Below, one piece after another: positions 35,060 to 44,570 of a stretch of 64,000 nucleotides of DNA (position 1 is its first letter; each line of letters starts with the position of its first letter). The DNA is from an uncultured Alphaproteobacteria bacterium (lineage in GTDB: Bacteria; Pseudomonadota; Alphaproteobacteria; Paracaedibacterales; CAITNM01). Made by a program: the position numbers and the translations under genes. The stretch is from positions 8,034 through 72,033 of the forward strand of contig CAIQTY010000025.1 in NCBI GenBank assembly GCA_903874955.1, written 5' to 3'. The notes under the pieces are model-generated. The model saw only the letters and a program-made list of their open reading frames with translations. It had not been told where the DNA came from and ran no database searches.

Positions 35060-38000
35060 CTAAATTCCCTGCAATTGTTTAACCACAGCAAAGCAAAATT
35101 TAATCCTAAGATCTTGATTCAGACCTTCACGCAAAAAAGAAATTTTCTGATCCGGCCTTAATTTAACATCGGCCAATTTTCTGGCTTCTGCGGACCCAAT
35201 ATGCATTAATAAGGCCTCAGGTTTTGCAAACTGATTTTTGTAAAAAGCCACCACAATACCCTTCGGACCAGCATCAATTTTTTCAATACCGAGCGCTTTA
35301 CAAGCTATTTTGAGCTCAATAACTTTAAGAAGATTCTCACATTCCTTGGGAATTTTACCAAAGCGATCAACCAATTCTGCAGCGAAAGTATGAACTTCAT
35401 TGACCGTTTCTAAAGTTGCCAAACGCCTGTATAAACTTAAACGCAAGCCAAGATCTGACACGTAGGCTTCAGGAATAAGTAAAGACAATCCTAAATTGAG
35501 TTGCGGTGTCCATTCATGGGATGTGACAACGCCATGCTCTTGATCGGCGCGAACCTGCAAAATGGCTTCTTGCAGGAGGGTTTGATAAAGCTCAACGCCA
35601 ACTTCTCTTATGTGCCCTGATTGCTCTTCACCAACCAAATTTCCAGCACCACGGATATCCATATCATGACTTGCTAATTTGAAGCCTGCGCCAAGTTGAT
35701 CAAGGCTTTGCATAACCTCTAAGCGTTTTTTCGCGGTATCGCTTATAATCGCATCCGGCGGCAACGTTAGATATGCGTAGGCCTGAATTTTTGTACGCCC
35801 CACTCTGCCCCGCAATTGGTATAGCTGCGCGAGGCCAAAGCGATCAGCCCGATGCAAAATGATAGTATTAACCCAAGGCATATCGATACCTGATTCAACG
35901 ATGTTGGTAGCAAGCAGCACTTCGTATTTTCTATCACAAAAGTCTGAAATGATATCTTCCAATTCCGTTGCAGGTAATTGACCATGGGCTACGGCGATGC
36001 GGAAATCAGGTAGCAAGGTTTCAAGAATTTCTTTTGATTTTCTGATATCCTCAATTCTTGGCACCACAAAAAAGCTTTGACCACCTCGGTGATATTCACG
36101 CATTAGGGCTTCTTTAATGACGACCCCATCAAACGGCATGGTAAAAGTGCGAATGCTCAAACGATCAATCGGCGGTGTAGCAATCAGGCTTAATTCACGC
36201 ACACCCGTTAGCGCCAATTGTAAAGTGCGTGGAATCGGGGTTGCCGTTAATGTTAAAATATGAACATTCGGTTTGAGTTTTTTTAATTTTTCTTTTTGCT
36301 TAACACCAAAGTGTTGTTCTTCATCGATAATCAGTAATCCCAGATCATGAAATTTCGTTTTATCGGATAATACCGCATGGGTAGCAATCACAACCCTTGC
36401 ATCACCATTTTCAATTTCCGTTCGAATACGCTTTACATCACCAGATTTAACAAGACGCGATAGCTGCACAACCCTTATGCCAAAACCACTAAAACGATTA
36501 AAAAAGTTCTGGTAATGCTGACGACATAATAATGTAGTTGGGGCGACGATAACCACCTGTTTACCAGACGCAGCCACAGCAAATGCCGCGCGCAGAGCAA
36601 CCTCTGTTTTACCAAAACCAACATCACCGCAAACTAATCTATCCATCGGTTTGCCTGATGCGAGGTCACTAAGAACCTCTTCTATAGCGCGCAGTTGATC
36701 ATCAGTTTCTGGATAAGGAAATCGCGAACAAAATTCATCGTATATTTTTGGCGTAAGGAACGTCTCGCCTTCTTGTAAGGAACGTTCAGCCGCTAGTTTA
36801 ATCAAGTACTCAGCAATAATTAACAATCGCTTTTTAACTTTTGCCTTGCGGTTTTGCCAGTTAGCAGTGCCGAGGCGGTCAAGCTCGACCACCATATCAT
36901 CAGAACCGTAGCGGCTTAAAAGCTCTAAATTCTCAACGGGCAAAAATAATTTATTTTTATCTGCATACTCTAAAAGCAAACAATCGTGCGGGTTTCCGCC
37001 AACATCAATCGTCTGAAGTCCTTGGTAGCGTGCGACACCATGTTCGCGGTGAACAACGTAATCCCCCTGGTTTAGTTCGCTAAGATCTTTAAAAATATTC
37101 GCATTTTTACGGGGCGCCTTACTTTTTCGGGAAATTCTCTCCCCTAAAATATCTTGATCGGTCAGAACAATTTGATGACCAGTGATAAAGCCTTCATCTA
37201 GAGGAAAGGTCAGTGAATATATTGGCTTTTTAGATGCGTTTACCGCTGGCCAATCAGTAAGAGGAAGAATTTGTAAATCGGTGTGTTCCCTGATAATTCC
37301 TTCAAGCCTTAACCTTGCCCCATCGGTTTGGGCAACAACAATAAACTGCTTTTCAGGATGGGTTTCCTTCAGGGAAAGTATGTGGTCAAACAACTCGCCC
37401 TTCTGTCTCGATTGCACAAAGTTAGGGGGACTTTGCACATCAAGTAATGTCGTACCTTCTGCACTGAGGGGTGAAATCACCACATGATCTTTATTGATTA
37501 AATCAGTCCAGCGATTTTCATTCCAATAGACAATTTCAGGCGGGAGCGGTTGATACGAACGGTCCCCAAAAACAGGAGATACTCTCGCCTGATAATATTC
37601 CTGGCAAAGATTGTGCTGTTCCAAAAAAGTTGGTGTTGCATCAAATTCCAAAATTGTGGTTTCGGGACTAATGTAGTCGAGCAATGTTTCAGTTTGATCA
37701 AAATATAAGGGCAACCAATGTTCATAACCTGCGTATAAATGGCCTTCGCTAATATGTTGGTATAAGGAATTTTGATGGTATCCCTCTGGAAATCTATCTC
37801 GGTACGCTTTTTTAAAATGTTCAACGTTCTGATTAGTAAGTGTGATTTCTCTAGCAGGTTTAATAACAACTTCATCGAGCTCTTTGATAGTAGTTTGAGA
37901 AGCAGCATCAAATGCACGAATACGCTCTACATCATCCCCAAAGAAATCAATTCGGTAAGGGTTCTCGTAGCCAATTGGGAAAAAATCTATAATATCGCCC

Positions 38001-38446
38001 CGGATCGCGTAGTCTCCAGGTTCATAAACAATCCCTACCCGATTAAAACCTTTTTCAACTAAATAGCTACTTAAGCGCGAAAATGAATAGGTTTTACCTT
38101 TCTGTAAGGTCAACGATTCACCCAAGAAACTCAAACGCGGCGGCAAGTATTGCGAAAGCGCTGCAACGGATGTTACTAAAATTTGCGCTGATTCTTCTGC
38201 TAGTGTAGTAAGGGTTTGAACACGTTTACTAATACATTCAAGTGACGGCGAGACACGATCATAGGGCAGGCAATCCCAAGCTTCAAAACTTAAAACTCTT
38301 CTTTTAAGAAGAAGCTCTAGCTGTGTTTTGAAAAGAGGCACATCTTGATCTCGACTCAACACTACGAGTGCTGATTTTGTTTTTTCAACGAGAGCCGACA
38401 CCGCAAAGGGGCGGTAGCTTTTAGTAACTTGAGATAAAGTTTTCAT
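35060..38446 (-). CDS. mfd: Transcription-repair coupling factor
   Basis: 1128 aa with a UvrB-homology N-terminal region, an RNAP-interacting domain, SF2 translocase motifs (CGDVGFGKTEVA, DEEQHFGV, TATPIPRTL, QLYQLRGRVGR) and the TRG motif. Confidence 0.97.
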   Translation of the reverse strand: MKTLSQVTKSYRPFAVSALVEKTKSALVVLSRDQDVPLFKTQLELLLKRRVLSFEAWDCLPYDRVSPSLECISKRVQTLTTLAEESAQILVTSVAALSQYLPPRLSFLGESLTLQKGKTYSFSRLSSYLVEKGFNRVGIVYEPGDYAIRGDIIDFFPIGYENPYRIDFFGDDVERIRAFDAASQTTIKELDEVVIKPAREITLTNQNVEHFKKAYRDRFPEGYHQNSLYQHISEGHLYAGYEHWLPLYFDQTETLLDYISPETTILEFDATPTFLEQHNLCQEYYQARVSPVFGDRSYQPLPPEIVYWNENRWTDLINKDHVVISPLSAEGTTLLDVQSPPNFVQSRQKGELFDHILSLKETHPEKQFIVVAQTDGARLRLEGIIREHTDLQILPLTDWPAVNASKKPIYSLTFPLDEGFITGHQIVLTDQDILGERISRKSKAPRKNANIFKDLSELNQGDYVVHREHGVARYQGLQTIDVGGNPHDCLLLEYADKNKLFLPVENLELLSRYGSDDMVVELDRLGTANWQNRKAKVKKRLLIIAEYLIKLAAERSLQEGETFLTPKIYDEFCSRFPYPETDDQLRAIEEVLSDLASGKPMDRLVCGDVGFGKTEVALRAAFAVAASGKQVVIVAPTTLLCRQHYQNFFNRFSGFGIRVVQLSRLVKSGDVKRIRTEIENGDARVVIATHAVLSDKTKFHDLGLLIIDEEQHFGVKQKEKLKKLKPNVHILTLTATPIPRTLQLALTGVRELSLIATPPIDRLSIRTFTMPFDGVVIKEALMREYHRGGQSFFVVPRIEDIRKSKEILETLLPDFRIAVAHGQLPATELEDIISDFCDRKYEVLLATNIVESGIDMPWVNTIILHRADRFGLAQLYQLRGRVGRTKIQAYAYLTLPPDAIISDTAKKRLEVMQSLDQLGAGFKLASHDMDIRGAGNLVGEEQSGHIREVGVELYQTLLQEAILQVRADQEHGVVTSHEWTPQLNLGLSLLIPEAYVSDLGLRLSLYRRLATLETVNEVHTFAAELVDRFGKIPKECENLLKVIELKIACKALGIEKIDAGPKGIVVAFYKNQFAKPEALLMHIGSAEARKLADVKLRPDQKISFLREGLNQDLRIKFCFAVVKQLQGI

Positions 38447-39976
38447 TTATGTCGACATATATTCTTTAAATCTAAGCAGCCCAGCAAGCCATGCCGCGAC
38501 AAAATAGGCCAGAAGTCCAGAGCATACTAATACTCCAAGGGCTACTGACCTAATATGAATGCCTTCGGTAGAATGAAGGTATGGACTTACAATCGGTTTC
38601 ATAACAAATAAAACCAAAAATATCAGCCCACAAGGAATGAGAATTTTTGCTAAAAATTTCCACAACGCACAATCAAAATTAATAAATTTTCGCTTCTTCA
38701 AAAGATAAACTAACACTGCTGCATTAAACCATGAAGCAGCAGAAGTCGCTAATGCAATACCAAGATGTTTGAATTTGTGAATGAGTAAAAAGTTTAAGAT
38801 AACGTTTACAATCATACCTGCGAGTGCCACTTTTATTGGCGTTACGGTATCTTGGCGGGCAAAGAAGCTGGTATTAAAGATCTTTATCAGGATATAGGCT
38901 GGCAACCCTGTGGCAAATCCCGCTAAGGTTTCTGCTGTTGCGATAGATGAAACATTATCAAAAGCACCGCGTTCAAAAATAACCATAACAAGCGGACCCG
39001 ATAAATAAATCAAACCCACCATGGCTGGTAAGGTTATCAGCATCGCAAATTCGATAGCACGATTTTGATTATGCATAGCACCATCGACATTATTTTCTCG
39101 CCACTGTCTCGATAGCATAGGCAATAAAACCGTTCCAAGCGCTGTCCCCGTGATACTAATAGGTAAGTGGTAAAGGCGATCGGCGTAGTACAGGTACGAT
39201 ATAGTCCCCATAGGCAGCAAGGATGCAATTATGGTGTCAACAAATAAATTAATTTGCAAAACACCTGAACCAACAGCAGCTGGAATCATTCTTTTTCCAA
39301 AATTTTGCATTGCCTGATTTTTCCTTGGTTTTCGAAGGGATGGCCGCACCCCCATTAAGAAGCAAGGAACATAAACCCACAACAACTGAACAAACCCTGA
39401 GCCCATAATGGCCGTTGCAACCGCAGCTCCATCCCCAAGCATAGATGGATCTACCATTTTCATAATGAATACAATAAAAAGATTTCCGGCTATTTGCGAA
39501 GATGCAGCGGCTCCAAAACGATCATGAGTATTAAGAACCCCACTAAATAGAGCTGTTAATGAAATAAGCAAAATAAAAGGAAACGTAATTCTTGAAAATG
39601 AAACAGCAAGAGAAAAGACTTCTTCATTAACACCTGGAACCATTACTGTAATAACAGAAGGCATGACCAATTCAACGACGACAATTAATAATATTAAAAT
39701 ACCTGTCATTAATGAAAATACATCTTTGATGAATTCTCTAGATTCATTTTCTTGGTTTACATGCATTGCAGAATAGATCGGCACAAAAGAAGAATTAAAA
39801 GCCCCTTCGGCAAAAATACGCCTTAGGAAGCTTGGAATTTTAATGGCTATAACAAGGGCATCCATCACAAAACTAGTACCAATATATTGCGCCATCAATA
39901 TATCCCTAAAAAACCCTGTCAAACGGCTTAAGATTGTAAAAAACGCAACGTTAAGTGCAGATGATACTAATCGCAT
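38447..39976 (-). CDS. murJ: Lipid II flippase MurJ (MviN)
   Basis: 509 aa, about 14 TM. N-terminus FTILSRLTGFFRDILMAQYIGTS and FAEGAFNSSFVPIY are typical MurJ signatures. Its stop abuts the mfd ATG. Confidence 0.9.
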   Translation of the reverse strand: MRLVSSALNVAFFTILSRLTGFFRDILMAQYIGTSFVMDALVIAIKIPSFLRRIFAEGAFNSSFVPIYSAMHVNQENESREFIKDVFSLMTGILILLIVVVELVMPSVITVMVPGVNEEVFSLAVSFSRITFPFILLISLTALFSGVLNTHDRFGAAASSQIAGNLFIVFIMKMVDPSMLGDGAAVATAIMGSGFVQLLWVYVPCFLMGVRPSLRKPRKNQAMQNFGKRMIPAAVGSGVLQINLFVDTIIASLLPMGTISYLYYADRLYHLPISITGTALGTVLLPMLSRQWRENNVDGAMHNQNRAIEFAMLITLPAMVGLIYLSGPLVMVIFERGAFDNVSSIATAETLAGFATGLPAYILIKIFNTSFFARQDTVTPIKVALAGMIVNVILNFLLIHKFKHLGIALATSAASWFNAAVLVYLLKKRKFINFDCALWKFLAKILIPCGLIFLVLFVMKPIVSPYLHSTEGIHIRSVALGVLVCSGLLAYFVAAWLAGLLRFKEYMST

Positions 39977-40006
39977 TGTTTTTAGAAATGCTTGTTATAG
40001 GTTGTT

Positions 40007-40798
40007 TTAGCCACAAAAATACCATAATAAGCCAGCGGCAAAGGTTACTGCCAAAAGGCTGTCTAATCTATCGAGTAGGCCACCATGCCCAGGAAAGAGT
40101 CGACCCGTATCTTTTACATTAAAATAACGCTTGCACCATGATTCAAGAAGGTCACCACCCTGAGCAAGAAAAACTGATACAGCAGAAAAAATCCAAAAAG
40201 AATTAGCCACTTCAAGCTTCATCGCTTTAATTAAGGACAAAACGCCAAACAATCCAAAGATAATACCCCCAATAAAACCTGACCAGGTTTTGTTAGGACT
40301 AATTTTTTCAGCCAATTTTGGCCCACCAATTGTTCTGCCTACAATGAAAGCTCCAGTATCAACAAACCAGACAAGCGCGAGCAATAAAACGATAAAATAT
40401 GCCCCACCGATCTTAGGCACCACTTGCAAAAAAATACCCATTGAGAGAGTAATGTAAAAATAACCAGTGCATATAACAATAGATTTCTTAGTGTCAAAAA
40501 TATCCAAATAATAAAGCCAGGCACATCCTGCCAAAACAATAGCTATCGCCCCTACAACTAAAACAGGTATAAAAGTTAGAAAAATAGCTAATAAACATAT
40601 GCTATTCATCCAGTAATAATTTTTCCCCATGGTTAAGCGAGACCATTCCCTGAGTAGACCAAAGGCCAAGAAAATCGCAATAGTTTTAAAATAAATAGGG
40701 TCTTGAAAAATTAAAAAAATAACTGCCGGCACCACCAACAATCCTGTAAGGATTCTTGGAAGTAAGTCACCTTTAGGCAGCAACACTGTATAAGCCAT
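40007..40798 (-). CDS. cdsA: Phosphatidate cytidylyltransferase
   Basis: C-terminal signature SWCKRYFNVKDTGRLFPGHGGLLDRLDS. Start taken at ATG 40798 (MAYTVLL); the track uses TTG 40828. Either start overlaps the uppS 3' end. Confidence 0.88.
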   Translation of the reverse strand: MAYTVLLPKGDLLPRILTGLLVVPAVIFLIFQDPIYFKTIAIFLAFGLLREWSRLTMGKNYYWMNSICLLAIFLTFIPVLVVGAIAIVLAGCAWLYYLDIFDTKKSIVICTGYFYITLSMGIFLQVVPKIGGAYFIVLLLALVWFVDTGAFIVGRTIGGPKLAEKISPNKTWSGFIGGIIFGLFGVLSLIKAMKLEVANSFWIFSAVSVFLAQGGDLLESWCKRYFNVKDTGRLFPGHGGLLDRLDSLLAVTFAAGLLWYFCG

Positions 40799-41495
40799 AT
40801 CTTCGATGCCTTTTTGAATACTGTTCAATTGCTAGGTCTAATTGTTTTGCCCCAAAATCAGGCCAAAAGCAATCAACAAAAACGTACTCTGTGTATGCCA
40901 TTTGCCACAACAGGTAATTACTTACTCTTAAATCGCCACTTGTGCGTATTAATAAGTCTGGATCAGGACAAAAATGTGTATCTAAATTTTGAGTAATTAA
41001 ATCTTCCGTTATGTCCTCGGAACGTATAATTCCTTTTTCAACATCCATAGCAATTTTTTGTGTAGCCCTTCGGATATCGTCACGCCCACCGTAACTCAAC
41101 GCTAGAATTACAGTAATACCTGTATTATTTTGAGTACGGTTTTCCATATCAGCAATCATATCTTGCAAATCTTTGGCAAAAGTTGAGCGATCGCCGATGA
41201 CCTTAAGACGTACATTGTTCTTCATTAATTTATCTATCGAATGTTGCAAATACCAGCGAAGCAGCCCTATAAATTCCTCAACCCAGTCTTGCTCACGTTG
41301 CCAATTTTCTGAAGAAAATGTAAACAGAGTGATATATTCAATTCCTATTTCAGCTGCTCGTTTAACAACATCTTCTGCAGCTTTTTCTCCTGCTCTGTGA
41401 CCGGCAATAATAGGAAGAGACCTTGCTTTAGCCCATCTTCCATTGCCATCCATAATGATTGCGGCATGTTTAGGAATATTCAGGTTTAAAATCAT
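40773..41495 (-). CDS. uppS: Undecaprenyl diphosphate synthase
   Basis: HAAIIMDGNGRWA, ITLFTFSSENWQR and RTSGDLRVSNYLLWQMAYTE. Start taken at ATG 41495 (ATGA overlap with the upstream gene's stop); the track begins at 41510. Confidence 0.95.
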   Translation of the reverse strand: MILNLNIPKHAAIIMDGNGRWAKARSLPIIAGHRAGEKAAEDVVKRAAEIGIEYITLFTFSSENWQREQDWVEEFIGLLRWYLQHSIDKLMKNNVRLKVIGDRSTFAKDLQDMIADMENRTQNNTGITVILALSYGGRDDIRRATQKIAMDVEKGIIRSEDITEDLITQNLDTHFCPDPDLLIRTSGDLRVSNYLLWQMAYTEYVFVDCFWPDFGAKQLDLAIEQYSKRHRRYGLYSVAA

Positions 41496-42472
41496 AAGCT
41501 GTACCACCATTTTGTTAATAAGTAATATGTAGGAATTCCAATTGTTAAATTAAATGGGAAAGTTATAGCAAGAGAAGAAGTTAAATAAAATGAAGGATTA
41601 GCAAAAGGCAAAGCAACTCGAACAGCAGCAGGTGCTGCAATGTATGAAGCGCTTGCAGTCATTGTTGCAAAAACAACAGCGTTTGCTACAGAAAATCCAA
41701 TTAGTTTTGCAATAACTATAGCAATAGCTCCTGTTAATAAAGGCATACCTAAAGCAAAACCTATTAGAAATGGACCTGTACGCTGAAGTTCATGCAAACG
41801 AGAACCTGCCATAAGCCCCATTTCTAGCATAAAAAGCACTAAAATTCCATAAAATGGATCAATAAAGAAGCCTGAAACCTTTTCGAGGCCACCAGGACCA
41901 GTTAAAATTCCGATGAGCAAACCACCCCAAAGCAGATATATACTTTTGCTTAAAAATATCCCTCTTAGGCGTTCGAAAAGATCTATTCCTTTTACGGTTT
42001 TTGCGCGGAATACCCCTTGAGCCAAGAGAAGCGCAAAGACAATTCCAGGTACTTCCATAATTGCAACAAGCCCCGTCATATAGTCATCAGATTTAAGGCC
42101 AACCGATTCAACAAACACTCTTGTTGTAATGAATGTTACAATCGAAACAGATCCATAGTGCGCAGCCATAGCAGCCGCATCATCTAGTTTTAATTTTCCG
42201 ATATATCGGCACAGAAAGAAGGCAATGTAAGGAGTGATAATGCTAACACTTAAAGTTGCAACCACCGGAAAAATAATAGTTTTAATAGGGATCTCTCCGA
42301 GCGCCACACCGCCTTTAAGGCCAATAGCCAACAAAAGATAAGCTGATAGACCCGCAAAAAAACTTTCAGGAAACTTCAAATCACTTTTAACAACTGCTGC
42401 AAAAATCCCCAAACAAAAAGCCAAAACAACCGGTGAAAGCAGGTTGGCAGTTAGGATTTCTGAACTAAGCAT
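41492..42472 (-). CDS. SbtA-like (DUF897) sodium-dependent bicarbonate/anion transporter family permease
   Basis: 326 aa polytopic protein. N-terminus LLSPVVLAFCLGIFAAVVKSDLKFPESFFAGLSAYLLLAIGLKGG matches my recollection of the SbtA-family N-terminus. No SbtB/PII-like gene is adjacent. Confidence 0.55.
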   Translation of the reverse strand: MLSSEILTANLLSPVVLAFCLGIFAAVVKSDLKFPESFFAGLSAYLLLAIGLKGGVALGEIPIKTIIFPVVATLSVSIITPYIAFFLCRYIGKLKLDDAAAMAAHYGSVSIVTFITTRVFVESVGLKSDDYMTGLVAIMEVPGIVFALLLAQGVFRAKTVKGIDLFERLRGIFLSKSIYLLWGGLLIGILTGPGGLEKVSGFFIDPFYGILVLFMLEMGLMAGSRLHELQRTGPFLIGFALGMPLLTGAIAIVIAKLIGFSVANAVVFATMTASASYIAAPAAVRVALPFANPSFYLTSSLAITFPFNLTIGIPTYYLLTKWWYSL

Positions 42473-43428
42473 TAACTGAGGCCTTTCTGCCCCATACGCA
42501 GATATTTTTCACGGCGCATTTGCTTTAACTGCTGACCACTATGTCGCTTTAATTCGTCTAAAGTCTTTTGAACTTGACGCTTCACAGATTCAATCACCAA
42601 AGCTGGAAAACGTTGTGCGCCACCTATAGGTTCTGGAATGATTTCATCAATAACACCCAATTGAAACAGGTTTTGCGCCGTAAGTTTTTGTGCCTCAGCA
42701 GCTTCGGAAGCTTTTGCAGAACTTCGCCATAAAATTGAAGCACACCCTTCTGGTGAAATAACCGCATAAATAGCATGTTCTAACATCAAAACTGAATTAG
42801 CGGTTGCAATTGCTATAGCGCCCCCTGAACTTCCCTCACCGATAACGATAGTAATCAGTGGAACCTCAATAGAAAGACATTTTTCAATGCTTTTAGCAAT
42901 GGCTTCTGCCTGGCCACGTTCTTCAGCGTCAATTCCAGGGTAAGCACCTGGCGTATCGACGAATGTAATTACTGGCAGTTTGAACCGGTGCGCAAGATCC
43001 ATAAGTCGTTGAGCTTTGCGATAACCTTCAGGTTTTGGCATTCCAAAATTGTGCCGCACGCGTTGTTCTGTATCGCTTCCCTTTTCTTGACCAATCACCA
43101 TCACTGATTGACCATTCAACTTAGCTAAACCGCCAACGATGCTTTGATCATCACCAAATAAGCGATCACCTGCTAAGGGCAAGAAATCTTCAAACATAAC
43201 TTCTGCATATTGTAAAAACTTTGGCCGATCAGGGTGCCTTGCGACCTGAACCTTTTGCCAAGGCGTAAGCTGTGTATATGCGAGCCGCATTACCTTATCA
43301 GCTTTCACTTGCAGCTTTGAGACCTCATCTGCGATGTTGAGGTCTTTATTGTTAGACAAATGCTTCAACTCTTCAATTTTACCAACGAGTTCAGCAACCG
43401 GCTTTTCAAAATCTAAAAATTTATTCAT
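42472..43428 (-). CDS. accA: Acetyl-CoA carboxylase carboxyltransferase alpha subunit
   Basis: 318 aa with LDFEKP..EL..KIEEL, ITFVDTPGAYPG and the GEGGSGGALA-type motif (GEGSSGGAIA). Confidence 0.95.
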   Translation of the reverse strand: MNKFLDFEKPVAELVGKIEELKHLSNNKDLNIADEVSKLQVKADKVMRLAYTQLTPWQKVQVARHPDRPKFLQYAEVMFEDFLPLAGDRLFGDDQSIVGGLAKLNGQSVMVIGQEKGSDTEQRVRHNFGMPKPEGYRKAQRLMDLAHRFKLPVITFVDTPGAYPGIDAEERGQAEAIAKSIEKCLSIEVPLITIVIGEGSSGGAIAIATANSVLMLEHAIYAVISPEGCASILWRSSAKASEAAEAQKLTAQNLFQLGVIDEIIPEPIGGAQRFPALVIESVKRQVQKTLDELKRHSGQQLKQMRREKYLRMGQKGLS

Positions 43429-43519
43429 GGCCTTAGGTCATGCGTCCATAGGTAGGGTATAGGATGTTTTTTAAAAATTTTCAAGTTTTTACAAGATATA
43501 AATCAAAATATTGGCGGTT

Positions 43520-44425
43520 TTACTTGCTATAAAATTTACTTATCCATTCAAAAGTTTGTTTTGCCTCAGGAAATAAACCAGGAAATTGCGCAAACACATG
43601 AATGACACCCGGAACCTCTAAATACCCCTTTAGTGCTCCTTTTGGTTCTAAAATACTTTTCAAAACCCTTGAATCATCGCGAATCGGATCAAACTCTGCC
43701 GCGATGATTAAAGTTTCAGGAAAATCAATATTTTGAATTTGCCACAAAGGAGAAACTTCAGGTTCACTAGCTAACGCTAAATTTCCACCCAAATAATTTT
43801 TCACGTAATATTGCATGGAATGCTTTGAAAGAACGTAGCCTTCTGCAAATTCATTTAAAGAATCTAATCTTCCTGTTAAATCAAGAGAGGGATAAAAAAA
43901 GATACACTCTTTTGGTAAAGCAAAACCATGATGATTCAAGCGAACAATCAGTCCTGCCAGTAAGTTTCCGCCTGCACTATCCCCCGCAAAACTTACGGGA
44001 AGATCGTATCGTCCTAAAAGGTGTTTATAAACAGCCTCTATTTCATTTATCGCACCTGGATAAGGGCAATCAGGCGATAAAGAATAGTCAACAGCAACGA
44101 CCTTTTTATGGGTTACTAGCGCTAGATTTTGGCACATAATATGATGGGTATCGAGACTTCCACGAGTCCATCCCCCACCATGGGCAAATAAAATAACACC
44201 AGTTGGATTTTCTATTTCAAACGAGCGAATAGTAATAGGTCTAGCAACGCCAGGCAAATCTAAGAGACTATCACTTGATAAAATATCTTCGCTTTTTACC
44301 CCACCGTACAAGGTAACCAACGTTTCATATTGGTCGCGCAAAATATCAACAGGGACTTGTTCAATAGGAGGCAAATTAAGACTTTTCAAGCTATCTAAAA
44401 ATTGTTGTGTTTCAACTGTTAGCAA
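43520..44425 (-). CDS. Alpha/beta hydrolase, hormone-sensitive-lipase-like (family IV) esterase
   Basis: Oxyanion motif HGGGW, nucleophile elbow GDSAGG, and a downstream D...H (DPIRDD, GVIHVF). TTG start in the track. Confidence 0.78.
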   Translation of the reverse strand: MLTVETQQFLDSLKSLNLPPIEQVPVDILRDQYETLVTLYGGVKSEDILSSDSLLDLPGVARPITIRSFEIENPTGVILFAHGGGWTRGSLDTHHIMCQNLALVTHKKVVAVDYSLSPDCPYPGAINEIEAVYKHLLGRYDLPVSFAGDSAGGNLLAGLIVRLNHHGFALPKECIFFYPSLDLTGRLDSLNEFAEGYVLSKHSMQYYVKNYLGGNLALASEPEVSPLWQIQNIDFPETLIIAAEFDPIRDDSRVLKSILEPKGALKGYLEVPGVIHVFAQFPGLFPEAKQTFEWISKFYSK

Positions 44426-44502
44426 GTCAATTAACCTTTAAATTTACTAAAATTTATAATTCATTGTATACTTTTTGCATTCAAAATAAAATAATATATA
44501 AC

Positions 44503-44539
44503 AAAAATGAAGAAAGGCTCTTGAATAGATTCTTTCTTC
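44503..44539 (-). terminator. Rho-independent terminator of the 44571-45554 gene
   Basis: 8-bp stem gaagaaag (44509-44516) / ctttcttc (44532-44539) with a 15-nt loop. On the minus strand the hairpin is followed by ATTTTT (complement of 44503-44508). Confidence 0.5.
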
Positions 44540-44570
44540 ACTTCGATCTTCTATAAAAACGCTCAGAATA

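Noticed and set aside
34948-35085. Short repeat ctaattccctacaattgt (around 34950) resembling the mfd 3' end ctaaattccctgcaattgt (around 35061), considered as another duplication remnant.
   Set aside because: Only ~18-20 nt match, with one mismatch and one indel, and there is no collinear continuation. In 64 kb of AT-rich DNA this is within reach of chance.
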